Sequence record: LT960552.1
DNA: 64,000 bases
Reading direction: 5' to 3' (one strand)
Under the pieces are notes generated by a model. It ran no database searches and had not been told where the DNA came from. It saw nothing but the letters and a program-made list of their open reading frames with translations. The position numbers and the translations under genes were made by a program. Positions 24,786 to 34,039 of the stretch are shown here, piece by piece. Position 1 is the stretch's first letter. Each line of letters opens with the position of its first letter.

Positions 24786-25052
24786 ATGTGCGTAGAAAAA
24801 ATCCTCAGTAAGATGAGACAAAATAAGAGAGATTGGTCAATGCCGAAATTGCTGACAGTAGCAAACAAACTTAATATACCATATTCGAATTATAAATCAA
24901 GTCATTACATATTCAAGTATGATGGTATAACTGAAAACCTGAGTATCCCCGAAAACAAAAAAGATATTCATCCAGACTATATCACAAAATTCCTTAGATT
25001 TGTTGATAGAGTTCAGGAATTACAAATAGCAAAAGGGTCTGTAGCTCAGTAG
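24786..25052 (+). CDS. HicA-family (dsRBD-fold) mRNA interferase-like protein, no antitoxin nearby
   Basis: ~88 aa, KSSHYIFKY..LSIPENKKDIHPDYITKFL resembles HicA GSH..VP.H.K.l pattern; AGGAG SD. Confidence 0.65.
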   Translation: MCVEKILSKMRQNKRDWSMPKLLTVANKLNIPYSNYKSSHYIFKYDGITENLSIPENKKDIHPDYITKFLRFVDRVQELQIAKGSVAQ

Positions 25053-25112
25053 GTTTAGAGCGTTGGTTTGAAACACCAAAGGTCGAGGGTTCGATTCCCT
25101 CTGGACCCACCA
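25034..25112 (+). tRNA. tRNA-Phe(GAA)
   Basis: TTGGT-TTGAAAC-ACCAA; encoded CCA. Confidence 0.92.
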
Positions 25113-25182
25113 TAAATTTTTTGACAGCAATCGTTTCATGTGATAGAATGTTTACACAATTTATTCAATAGGAATATATTTC

Positions 25183-25617
25183 ATGGCATTACAAATTAAA
25201 GCAACAATTGAGTTTATCAAATCTAATTTAATTGATAATACCCGTACAGTAGAAAGTGTATCAATTACTGGAACTAGTAAAAAAGAATTACAATATGAAA
25301 TTTCAAATATTATTGATTCATGGACTAGTACTGAATTTGATGATTTAGGTAAAATGACATATCAATGTTATCTAAAAACTGTAAATTATTATGATATTAA
25401 TATTGCACCAGTTATTGACAGTAATTTAAGCATGATGACAAGTACTGAAATTCTTAATTACATTTCAACTCATGTTATAAATATTTCAAAAGATGAACGG
25501 TTGTGGGTCAATTCTGAAGGTAATATTCTTGATATTACACATCGCGTCAAAATTGAAAATAAATTTTATGATGGTATGACATTAGCTGATGCTATTGTTA
25601 CTCATATTAATAGTTGA
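25183..25617 (+). CDS. hypothetical protein
   Basis: Downstream of TTGACA-N17-TAGAAT. Confidence 0.7.
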   Translation: MALQIKATIEFIKSNLIDNTRTVESVSITGTSKKELQYEISNIIDSWTSTEFDDLGKMTYQCYLKTVNYYDINIAPVIDSNLSMMTSTEILNYISTHVINISKDERLWVNSEGNILDITHRVKIENKFYDGMTLADAIVTHINS

Positions 25618-25618
25618 T

Positions 25619-25789
25619 ATGAATTTCTTACGAAGACTATTTTGTGGGCATTATATAAGTATGGAAGTATGTAAAATACATTATCATGCTTCCAGTACTG
25701 AATTGGTTTATACTAAAATATGTAAAAAATGTGGTAAAAATCTTGGTGTAACCAAAGTAAAAAACATTGACAACAACAGAAGTGAGTGA
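25619..25789 (+). CDS. small Cys/His-rich phage protein
   Basis: RRLFCGH..CKKCGK pattern. Confidence 0.6.
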   Translation: MNFLRRLFCGHYISMEVCKIHYHASSTELVYTKICKKCGKNLGVTKVKNIDNNRSE

Positions 25790-26075
25790 TATAATGTCAA
25801 TCAATAAATCATTAAGAGACTTTATTCTCTCATCTGGAAATCTCAACGATGGATTTATACAACGTGGTAAAATTCATGGTAAAAATGTTAGAAGTATTTT
25901 AGATGAAGCGGCTAAATCAGGAAGTACTCATTTAAGTGGTTCAAAAGAAGAAAGATTATCTCAGTTAAGAAAACTTCGAAATGATGATCTTAACAACAAC
26001 GGAAATAGCAGATAAACTTTTAAAAATGTTCGAAGATCTTGGTGAAAACAAGATATAAAACAATGGCAATTAGAA

Positions 26076-26150
26076 GGGGTGTTAGCTCAGTAGGTTTAGA
26101 GCAGTTGACTTTTAATCAATTGGTCGTGGGTTCGATTCCCGCACACCTCA
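26076..26150 (+). tRNA. tRNA-Lys(TTT)
   Basis: GTTGA-CTTTTAA-TCAAT. Confidence 0.94.
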
Positions 26151-26202
26151 CAAATATAACAATATAATTGAATGTGGTATTAATTATAAAGGATAATTTA
26201 TT

Positions 26203-26739
26203 ATGTTCAGTACTGAAATGATCTCCACCAGTATAAGTTTCTCTTCACTCGTTGGTATAAGTGGTGAATTTCCACGTGGTCGTGGTAATTATATTAGCAC
26301 ACGTAATGATAGTACTGGTGAAAACTTTTCTATTATTAATCTAAGTTATGAAGATTTGGAAGATGCAAAAAAATTAGGTATCATTGGTGATACTATGCAA
26401 GCTGAAGTATATGGTGAAGGTACTGATAAAGTTGCTTTCATTATTGATGAACGTTTCCCTACAATTTGTCTTACACCAGAATGGTGGTACGGTAGCCGTC
26501 ATCAATACAAAATACAAATACTTCGTCGTAAGTATGGCGTTCCTGATGGAGTATGTTTATGTGAATTTGTTCCTTCACGGAACTCAGCAATTCATATAAA
26601 CCATTATGGATATTCACAAATACCAGGTTTTATTGTTAAAGATGGTACTTGTACTGAATGTGGTAATTCTTCTCGGTCAGTAGATATTGATCGTCGTCCT
26701 TCACTAGTAGGAAAAATTGTTACAGTAAAAGGTGCATAA
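26203..26739 (+). CDS. hypothetical protein
   Basis: ORF track. Confidence 0.7.
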   Translation: MFSTEMISTSISFSSLVGISGEFPRGRGNYISTRNDSTGENFSIINLSYEDLEDAKKLGIIGDTMQAEVYGEGTDKVAFIIDERFPTICLTPEWWYGSRHQYKIQILRRKYGVPDGVCLCEFVPSRNSAIHINHYGYSQIPGFIVKDGTCTECGNSSRSVDIDRRPSLVGKIVTVKGA

Positions 26740-26866
26740 TGAAACCAGAACAATGGGTTATTGATGATATGCGACGAATGCGTTCTATAAAAGAACGTAC
26801 TGAAATAGAACAATCATATTTGGAATTACTTCAATGGTACTGTTCAGTACTTAATGGAAAAGATAA

Positions 26867-27172
26867 ATGAATATAACATTATTAATAGTATCGGGTATGT
26901 TAATGTTAGCAGCTATATTTGTCTATCTAGCAAATAAAGAAATCGCAGCTAAATTATATGAAAACACATATCGTAAGAGTGAAGGGTTAGATACAAAAAG
27001 TCCATATTGTGTAATTAGAGAGAAAAAAAGTCAATACTCAGACGATTATGTGTATTATATCGGAAAAGGAACACAGAAAGTTGATAATAGAAGATTTTTT
27101 AAACTGTCTGAATTAATGCCATACCTTAATGAACTTGAAAAGATAAAAGGTCATGAGTTAACTAAATTTTAA
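26867..27172 (+). CDS. membrane-anchored protein, paralog 1 of 3
   Basis: N-terminal TM, IAAKLY..KSPY motif. Confidence 0.7.
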   Translation: MNITLLIVSGMLMLAAIFVYLANKEIAAKLYENTYRKSEGLDTKSPYCVIREKKSQYSDDYVYYIGKGTQKVDNRRFFKLSELMPYLNELEKIKGHELTKF

Positions 27173-27182
27173 TGAGGTCAAT

Positions 27183-27497
27183 ATGTCACTAACATCATTA
27201 GTACTGTTAATGTTTGTAACTGCATGTATTACATTAATAGCCAATAAATTGATAGCAGCAAACATATACAAAAAAACTGTGTTTGATATTCAAGGTCAAA
27301 AAAGTCCTTATGGAATATCAATTGAACAAGGTAAATCCAAATGGGGATATTGTATTACTAAGAATGGCAAAGTTCAATTTTCAATGAATGGTAGTGCACC
27401 TGTTTATCACACACTGGAAGACGTACTTAAAGCTATTAATATTCTTGAAAAGTTAGAAGGTTATATACTAACTACGATTAGTGTTGAACAGGAATAA
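27183..27497 (+). CDS. membrane-anchored protein, paralog 2 of 3
   Basis: IAANIYK..KSPYG..WGYCITKNGK. Confidence 0.7.
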   Translation: MSLTSLVLLMFVTACITLIANKLIAANIYKKTVFDIQGQKSPYGISIEQGKSKWGYCITKNGKVQFSMNGSAPVYHTLEDVLKAINILEKLEGYILTTISVEQE

Positions 27498-27499
27498 TT

Positions 27500-27811
27500 A
27501 TGAGTATTTTAATCATTTGTAGTACTATTATGTTTATTTCATCATTAATTGCTTTGATGGTAAATCGATCAATTGCAGCTAGCATTTATAAAAGAACGAT
27601 AGATGATATTAATCAATCTGAACTAAAGCCAAGTCCATATGGTGTTTCTCGTGAACCTCGTGGTGATGGATCATGGGGATATTGTATTACTAAGAATGGT
27701 AAAATACAATTCACCAGTGATAAAGCTCAAATATTTTCTAATATTAATTCAATAATTCGTGAAATTAATACATTAGAAAAAATAGAAGGATTTAAATTAA
27801 CTCGTGTTTAA
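27500..27811 (+). CDS. membrane-anchored protein, paralog 3 of 3
   Basis: IAASIYK..SPYG..WGYCITKNGK. Confidence 0.7.
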   Translation: MSILIICSTIMFISSLIALMVNRSIAASIYKRTIDDINQSELKPSPYGVSREPRGDGSWGYCITKNGKIQFTSDKAQIFSNINSIIREINTLEKIEGFKLTRV

Positions 27812-27958
27812 ATTAAAATGCCCATTATGTGGTTGTACTGGTATTCATGCATGTTTAGGTGACACAAAAAACATAAAAAGAGTTGACATGCAATCAATAA
27901 GCAAGTACGATACCTTAGATGAAGCGATTGAACATATTCGACGTGAGGAATCAAAATC

Positions 27959-28174
27959 ATGCAAGAAGAAAAAGAAACGGTAGCTGTAGTTGAATATTTC
28001 GAATCATGCTATGGAGTTGAAGAAAAACGAATATTTAAAGTCTTTAAAAGTACTGCATCATTTGAGCACTACTGTTATCAAAATAAAATTGATATTCGCA
28101 AAACTACATACGGAACATATTATAGTGATTCAACATATACCTATAATGTGAAAGTTATAGAGTTAAACCCGTAG
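27959..28174 (+). CDS. hypothetical protein
   Basis: GAGG SD. Confidence 0.6.
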   Translation: MQEEKETVAVVEYFESCYGVEEKRIFKVFKSTASFEHYCYQNKIDIRKTTYGTYYSDSTYTYNVKVIELNP

Positions 28175-28229
28175 TTATAAAAATAATTGACAGTACTGAT
28201 AGTTTGTAGTACTATCATAATTAAAAATT

Positions 28230-28311
28230 GGCATCATCGCATAGCGGCAATTGCAAAAGACTGTAAATCTTTCGCCTTCGGGCTTCGTTGGTTCGAGTCC
28301 AACCGGTGCCA
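28230..28311 (+). tRNA. tRNA-Tyr(GTA)
   Basis: AAAGA-CTGTAAA-TCTTT, long variable arm. Confidence 0.93.
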
Positions 28312-28334
28312 CCCAATTAAAAAAAAGAGATTAT

Positions 28335-28604
28335 ATGTATAATGAAGAAAATTATAAAAAATTAATAAATTCAAAAATTAATGAAGGACTAATTGAACTT
28401 CAATTACAAATTTCACGACATAAAAACGAAGGTTTTTTATGTTTGCCATTTAATTTTGTCATTGCTAATGATGTACAATTGGTATTTGGTTCAATTATAT
28501 CAATACTTCGTGATGAAGGTTATACTGTAGATATTACTTCACGTGAAGACGTGGTTTATATGAGTAGTAATACTGTAAAGTATACTGCAATTATCACATG
28601 GTAA
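28335..28604 (+). CDS. hypothetical protein
   Basis: ATG after tRNA-Tyr. Confidence 0.65.
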   Translation: MYNEENYKKLINSKINEGLIELQLQISRHKNEGFLCLPFNFVIANDVQLVFGSIISILRDEGYTVDITSREDVVYMSSNTVKYTAIITW

Positions 28605-28641
28605 TATTGTAATCTCTCACTTAATTAAAACTGGAGTCCTA

Positions 28642-28842
28642 ATGGTTCATGTGATAAAATACACCGAATCCGAACGTGGATGGGGTGGTGAAGTTTGGTA
28701 TCGTGAATTCAGTACTGAGCAAGAAGCTAAAGGGGAAGTATTTAACACGAATAAAGATTTACCAAAAGCTGTACCTGATTGGTATATTGCGGCTGAATAT
28801 ATTGGTGAAATGGAAAAATCACCAGAAGGTTATAAATTTTAA
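28642..28842 (+). CDS. hypothetical protein
   Basis: GGAG SD. Confidence 0.65.
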   Translation: MVHVIKYTESERGWGGEVWYREFSTEQEAKGEVFNTNKDLPKAVPDWYIAAEYIGEMEKSPEGYKF

Positions 28843-28998
28843 TAACTATATACAGGTTATGTTGTCATGCCTGTTTTTAATTAAGGTATTCATATATGTT
28901 AACTAAACTTTGGAATTTTTTCATATCATTGTTAGGTAAATTCTGGAATAGTTTAAAAGAAGAACCTGCAAATAATGTATTAGGTACTGATATATCTG

Positions 28999-29562
28999 AT
29001 GAAAGTGAAAGTACTGAAGCCACACCAGAGGAAAATGTACAGGACGATGAGCAACATACTAACTAGTGTTTCTAATTCATTTGAATTTGCAGTTGTTGTA
29101 ATAAACCAGTTGTCAAGATTATTTGAAACTACAATTGAACCTTATAAATTTGAAGTTTGTAATAATGGATTGTTGAAAATTTTAAATGATAAGAATGATA
29201 TAGTATTATCAATAACTTCAGATGAAATAACAATAAAAGATATAATTAAAAATGCACATGATGAAGTATTGTATACTGCTATTATTGAAAATAAAAAAGT
29301 TGTTTATGCTACAGTAATAAATGAATATCAAAAAAATAGTCATGATTTATCAGATCAATTCATTGAAGGTTTATTAATACCAGAAATTGATATGATGAAA
29401 AATATTGATAATGAAATAACATTTAAATACTTTAGTACTGAAGATGTATGGTTTCAACAAATGACTATTCATGATAATGTTTTACCATTTGAAACTGCAC
29501 AAGACCTTATAAAAATTAAAAAAATATTCATTGAAGAATTAAAAAATAAATGGAATTTGTAA
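28999..29562 (+). CDS. hypothetical protein, EEQHFQ-motif family
   Basis: TEDVWFQQMT motif. Confidence 0.65.
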   Translation: MKVKVLKPHQRKMYRTMSNILTSVSNSFEFAVVVINQLSRLFETTIEPYKFEVCNNGLLKILNDKNDIVLSITSDEITIKDIIKNAHDEVLYTAIIENKKVVYATVINEYQKNSHDLSDQFIEGLLIPEIDMMKNIDNEITFKYFSTEDVWFQQMTIHDNVLPFETAQDLIKIKKIFIEELKNKWNL

Positions 29563-30188
29563 ACATGAATGCGTTACAAAATAGAAAAAATATCGTACTA
29601 AACTTTTATAATAGTTTATCATTATTTGAAATAGATGAATTTGATGAATTAAAAATAGTCTTAAAAAAAGATGATGAATTGAAAATTGTCTTGAAAATGG
29701 ATGGTAGAATTGAGTTTTATAAAAAACTTGTAGGTGTATATAACATTGTCAGAAGTGGCATCAATGAACAGTGGAATACAAAAGATAGCGAAACTTCTCA
29801 TCAGATAGAAATGATGGGTTTAGTAATGGTGCTTGATGGTAATAATAAGTTTTCTATGATATCAGCAGGTAATGAAGAATGGGCAAAAGTAGTTAAAAAA
29901 ACAAGAAGTGTATCACATGGCATTACCTTTGATCCAAAGTATCAATTATTTACTGAAACATATTATGATATTGACACAGCACTAAACTTTACTTATAATA
30001 AATTACCATCATCTGAAGAAGAACATTTTCAATCAATGACTAATAATGATTTAGTACTTGATTTTGAAGAATGTATTAATATTGAAAAAATGAGTAAGAT
30101 CATTAGATCTATTGGTGAAGTTGTGGTAGTATCACCACAATTGAAAATTAATTTAATTTTTAAAGAAAATTTACGCAACGGTGCCTGA
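29550..30188 (+). CDS. hypothetical protein, EEQHFQ-motif family
   Basis: SEEEHFQSMT motif; 3' end overlaps tRNA-Cys. Confidence 0.65.
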   Translation: MEFVNMNALQNRKNIVLNFYNSLSLFEIDEFDELKIVLKKDDELKIVLKMDGRIEFYKKLVGVYNIVRSGINEQWNTKDSETSHQIEMMGLVMVLDGNNKFSMISAGNEEWAKVVKKTRSVSHGITFDPKYQLFTETYYDIDTALNFTYNKLPSSEEEHFQSMTNNDLVLDFEECINIEKMSKIIRSIGEVVVVSPQLKINLIFKENLRNGA

Positions 30189-30252
30189 GCTGGCCTAAAG
30201 GTACGGATTGCAAATCCGATATTCGGGGGTTCAAATCCCTCCCGTTGCTCCA
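30175..30252 (+). tRNA. tRNA-Cys(GCA)
   Basis: CGGA-TTGCAAA-TCCG, U73-CCA. Confidence 0.92.
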
Positions 30253-30267
30253 TAAAAAGGGCGGTAT

Positions 30268-30630
30268 ATGCATCACTTTGAATCACTTGATGAAATTGCA
30301 AGTTTCTATTATAATAATTACTATCATTTTTTAAGATACGATGATAATTCTATTAGATATGATGGAATTACCTATAAAATGGAATATGCAAATATTGCAC
30401 CTGTTCCAGTACTTAAATTTTCATACATTGATGATGATAACGAAGAACAAATATTGTTATGTATTGTTGATTTTGGATTAATTGTCAATTCTGAAAATAG
30501 TGTTGATAACCATCCTGATATTTTTGAGTACGTAGATATTATCAAAGAAGAATTATTTGGTTTAAATCTATTTGATATAGCTAGATTTAATTACATATTT
30601 GAAAAATATAAAAAAGACAAGGGCTGTTAA
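30268..30630 (+). CDS. hypothetical protein
   Basis: ORF track. Confidence 0.65.
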   Translation: MHHFESLDEIASFYYNNYYHFLRYDDNSIRYDGITYKMEYANIAPVPVLKFSYIDDDNEEQILLCIVDFGLIVNSENSVDNHPDIFEYVDIIKEELFGLNLFDIARFNYIFEKYKKDKGC

Positions 30631-30697
30631 CTCAGTTGGTTAGAGTAGCCGACTCTTAATCGGTTTGTCCAGGGTTCAACTCCCTGACAGCCCACCA
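30621..30697 (+). tRNA. tRNA-Lys(CTT)
   Basis: GCCGA-CTCTTAA-TCGGT, encoded CCA. Confidence 0.94.
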
Positions 30698-30764
30698 AAT
30701 TTTACTTGACATTTGGGAAATTATGTGCAATAATATTTGCACATTTTAAGTTAGAGGACATTAT

Positions 30765-30959
30765 ATGACTGAAGAACGTTTGAGCGAGATTGCAAAACAG
30801 CTTGAAGCATTAGAAGCAGAAATTAAAAATTCTGTATTCGACAATGTACCTGACTGTTCAGCAAAACATGAATTAGTTCAACATGTTAAAGAATCAGAAT
30901 GTTGGGCAAGATGTTTATTATCTTATGTTAAATTTCATAACAAAAGAGCATCATCATGA
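30765..30959 (+). CDS. hypothetical protein
   Basis: GAGG SD. Confidence 0.6.
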   Translation: MTEERLSEIAKQLEALEAEIKNSVFDNVPDCSAKHELVQHVKESECWARCLLSYVKFHNKRASS

Positions 30960-30971
30960 TTAGTACTCAAA

Positions 30972-31043
30972 GGTCAGTTAGTTCAATTGGTAGAACGCTT
31001 CACTCATGATGAAGCAGTCGCTGATCAAGCCCAGTACTGACCA
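30972..31043 (+). tRNA. tRNA(CAT) with degenerate T arm and loop CTCATGA
   Basis: CTTCA-CTCATGA-TGAAG; GGTCAGT/ACTGACC. Confidence 0.7.
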
Positions 31044-31072
31044 CTAATAAATTTAATTATTGAGGTTATAAA

Positions 31073-31261
31073 ATGTATATATTAATCGCTACACTGTTTA
31101 TGTTGTTATGTTGGGTAGTGGGTGTCTTTATCTTTATCAACCTCGGAATATCGCAACAAGGTAGTACTAAAGTAAAACTAAAACATCATATACTGTTTAT
31201 TTTAACTTTAGCAGTACTGTTCATCGGTCTTCCTTTTATGGGTTTTTATCTAATAGTATAA
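31073..31261 (+). CDS. small membrane protein
   Basis: Two hydrophobic segments, GAGG SD. Confidence 0.6.
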   Translation: MYILIATLFMLLCWVVGVFIFINLGISQQGSTKVKLKHHILFILTLAVLFIGLPFMGFYLIV

Positions 31262-31267
31262 AAAAGT

Positions 31268-31296
31268 TGAAACAGCAGAAAAAAATGTGGTATAAT
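31268..31296 (+). promoter_or_regulatory. TGAAAC-N17-TATAAT promoter upstream of tRNA-Met
   Basis: TGAAAC 31268-31273, TATAAT 31291-31296. Confidence 0.8.
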
Positions 31297-31311
31297 ATAC
31301 ACATAAACAAT

Positions 31312-31386
31312 TGCGGAGTAGAGCAGTGGTAGCTTGCAAGGCTCATAACCTTGAGGTCGTGTTTGGTTCGAATCCCACCTCCGCAT
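31312..31386 (+). tRNA. tRNA-Met(CAT), initiator-like
   Basis: TGCGGAG/CTCCGCA, D arm GAGC..GCTT, CAAGG-CTCATAA-CCTTG. Confidence 0.85.
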
Positions 31387-31409
31387 CAAAGTAGTAAAAT
31401 ATATAATTT

Positions 31410-31485
31410 GGGGAATGGGTCTGCTTGGGGTGGACGCCGCACTTGCACTGCGGAGATCAGATCGGTTCAAATCCGATACTCTCCA
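31410..31485 (+). tRNA. tRNA-Ala(TGC)
   Basis: CCGCA-CTTGCAC-TGCGG; G3:U70 pair present. Confidence 0.88.
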
Positions 31486-31608
31486 CGAATTAATGAAAGG
31501 TATCTGGATATCGATCCATACAGTAAGTGTTCCTCAATAGGAAACACCTTTCAAATTATATAGTAAAAAGTAACTAAGAGTCCTTAACAACCTAATGAGG
31601 TATTATCC

Positions 31609-32307
31609 ATGCAAGTACAATTCCAAACTGTTCTATTCAATTCTGAAGATTTTCGTTTCGCTGTAGTACTAGATGAAACCTTAGTACTGGTAACTGCTAA
31701 AGGTGAAATTGAACTTGAATTTGATTCAAGCGATGAAGCACTAGAAGGTCAGCGTGAGCTAGGTCGCCTACTTGATGCTGCTGGTGCAAAAGATAAAAAT
31801 GCTACATCTATTGTCAAAGACGTTGTGAATACTGTAAGTGAGCTGTTCAGCAATCTTGGTACTGTTAAATCCAAAGTATATGGTAAAGTTCAAGAAACTT
31901 CAGAAACAGTAAATTCTAACTTAGAAGATATTCTTCGTAAACTTGATTCAGCAATTAAAGCTGAAGAAACAAAACAACCTACTACTCAAGCACGAAATAC
32001 AAGTACTGCTGACGCAGAGGATGTTTTTGGTCGTAATCGCCAGTCTTCTTCACGCAATGTAGCAGACGCTAATAGCGTAATTAGTACTTTGTCTGATGCT
32101 GAATTGGAAACTGTTATTAATTCTAAAGTAGAACATCTACTTCTTACTAATACGCAAGTTCAGGGTTTAGTTGCACAACTTCGTCGTTTTCATAATGAAG
32201 ATGAAGTACAAGAAGTAATTTCATCACACAAAGAAATGGTATTCAACGTTTCTCGTGCTAATGATAATCTAACTGTAAATGAAGTAATTACACAACTTCT
32301 ACGTTAA
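31609..32307 (+). CDS. hypothetical protein
   Basis: GAGG SD, long ORF. Confidence 0.75.
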   Translation: MQVQFQTVLFNSEDFRFAVVLDETLVLVTAKGEIELEFDSSDEALEGQRELGRLLDAAGAKDKNATSIVKDVVNTVSELFSNLGTVKSKVYGKVQETSETVNSNLEDILRKLDSAIKAEETKQPTTQARNTSTADAEDVFGRNRQSSSRNVADANSVISTLSDAELETVINSKVEHLLLTNTQVQGLVAQLRRFHNEDEVQEVISSHKEMVFNVSRANDNLTVNEVITQLLR

Positions 32308-32315
32308 TATCAAAT

Positions 32316-32339
32316 AAAGGCAGCCAATGGCTGCCTTTT
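32316..32339 (+). terminator. intrinsic terminator
   Basis: AAAGGCAGCC-AAT-GGCTGCCTTTT. Confidence 0.8.
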
Positions 32340-32354
32340 GTCATTTGAGAGTAT

Positions 32355-32894
32355 ATGAAAATAACAGAACAATATAGAACTATTGGTGTTCAAAACTTTT
32401 ATTCAAATCCTAGTATCCAACAATCATACCTTAACCCACATAGTACTTACATAATTGAATGCCTGAATGATTCATTTTATCAGTACTTTACTGAAAATAC
32501 GTCAGTACTAGATTTGGCATCAGGAAATGGAATCATCAGCCATGCTTTAAAATCTTATGGTGTACATAATATTGAAGGTTCCGATAAGTATATGTATGAA
32601 AGGTATACTGAAGAAACTGGATTTTTATGCTATCCATACTCATTCGAAGATATAGCAGATTTTAATTGTATTTTTGAAAAAGAATATGATGTTATTATTT
32701 GTAGCTATGCTTTTGATTTAGTTCCTGAATCTTATAAAAATAAATTACTATATGCATTAAGTACCTATACAGATACCCTGATATTGATCAGGCCAAATTC
32801 ACATGAATTGTCATCTGATATATGGAAGGTAGTTCATAAAAACAAGATAGAAAAAACAAGATCAATAATTTATCAAAAAGAAAGGCACTCATAA
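32355..32894 (+). CDS. class I SAM-dependent methyltransferase
   Basis: VLDLASGNG motif I; YDVIICSYAF. Confidence 0.8.
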   Translation: MKITEQYRTIGVQNFYSNPSIQQSYLNPHSTYIIECLNDSFYQYFTENTSVLDLASGNGIISHALKSYGVHNIEGSDKYMYERYTEETGFLCYPYSFEDIADFNCIFEKEYDVIICSYAFDLVPESYKNKLLYALSTYTDTLILIRPNSHELSSDIWKVVHKNKIEKTRSIIYQKERHS

Positions 32895-32906
32895 GAGTGC
32901 CTTTTT
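32881..32906. terminator. bidirectional terminator between convergent genes
   Basis: AAAGGCACTC-ATAA-GAGTGCCTTT. Confidence 0.8.
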
Positions 32907-34039
32907 TATTGTATACCAGCGATAACAACTTTACCAGTAAAATTATCATTACTTAATAACGTAATATTATCTAAATTATCTATTTGAACTGTAATTGATA
33001 CTAATTCCGAACCATCGTAAACTGATACTGATACATATTGTTTATTATGAGTACTAAATGGTATTACCATTTGATACATAGAATCTACCAAATTCCACGA
33101 CAATGAAGTACTATATACAGTAGTTTGGTCAGTTGGTCCAATTATTACAATATCCATATCTTGAGCTGAATTTTGTTTAATTGTAAGGTTACCAGTACTA
33201 TCAACATTCACTTCAGGATTATAAATTACACCATTAGCATCTTGAATTTGTAATAATAGTTCAGAACCACGTTGATGAGAACTTTCAGTTAATGTATAAC
33301 TAAATGTGCCATCACCATTATCAGTAAATTGTGCGGCTGCAACTGGAATATTTGAAACAAAATCACTATCAGTTCCTGCTGGTAATACATCAAATGGTAT
33401 AGTAGCAGTATTATAATGAGGGGATGTTATTTCAATACTTCCTGTCCCTACATTTTCGAATACTACATTTTCAAAAATGAACACACGATTAACTACATTA
33501 GTTGTATATATTAATCCTTCTGGTGTAGTAAGTTTAACTATCATACCATCTTCATTTAAAATCCCACTAATAACTGATACTGAACCAGTTACTGTAGTAC
33601 TATCAACTGTAACGGTATTAACAATTATAGTTCCTAAATCTGGAATTGGTATATTGCATTCAGGTGTATACATATCAAATAAGTATGTTCCGTTACTTAG
33701 AACCATTTTATTTGATAAGAACCTTATAACAAATCCATATTCAGACATACTATCATTATACCCTCGCACAAAAAACGAATTCACTGGAATAACATTCAGT
33801 AATTCATCATCGGTAAGATCATAATCTAGTACTTTATTACTTGTATTATAACCAGTCAATTGTATTTTTTGATATACCACTTCAGAAATGGGGTCAATTA
33901 AGTCAAACATGTTTATAGACCTTTGCTTATATATTCTCATATTTTTAAGCTTAGTTCCATTTTTTAGCAATGCTGCATTAACAATAAACCCACAAACTCC
34001 ATATGGATAATCATTTATACCAGCAATAGGTTTAGCCAT
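32906..34039 (-). CDS. beta-rich, probable virion structural protein (minus strand; ORF track labels it +)
   Basis: CAT at 34037-34039 and TTA at 32906-32908 show that MAKPIAG.. reads on the minus strand; GGAGG SD upstream on minus strand. Confidence 0.7.
   Translation of the reverse strand: MAKPIAGINDYPYGVCGFIVNAALLKNGTKLKNMRIYKQRSINMFDLIDPISEVVYQKIQLTGYNTSNKVLDYDLTDDELLNVIPVNSFFVRGYNDSMSEYGFVIRFLSNKMVLSNGTYLFDMYTPECNIPIPDLGTIIVNTVTVDSTTVTGSVSVISGILNEDGMIVKLTTPEGLIYTTNVVNRVFIFENVVFENVGTGSIEITSPHYNTATIPFDVLPAGTDSDFVSNIPVAAAQFTDNGDGTFSYTLTESSHQRGSELLLQIQDANGVIYNPEVNVDSTGNLTIKQNSAQDMDIVIIGPTDQTTVYSTSLSWNLVDSMYQMVIPFSTHNKQYVSVSVYDGSELVSITVQIDNLDNITLLSNDNFTGKVVIAGIQ

Noticed and set aside
32355-32894. 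DNA methyltransferase responsible for GTAC sites
   Set aside because: Has SAM-binding motif I but no DPPY/NPPY or PC catalytic motif; substrate unknown.
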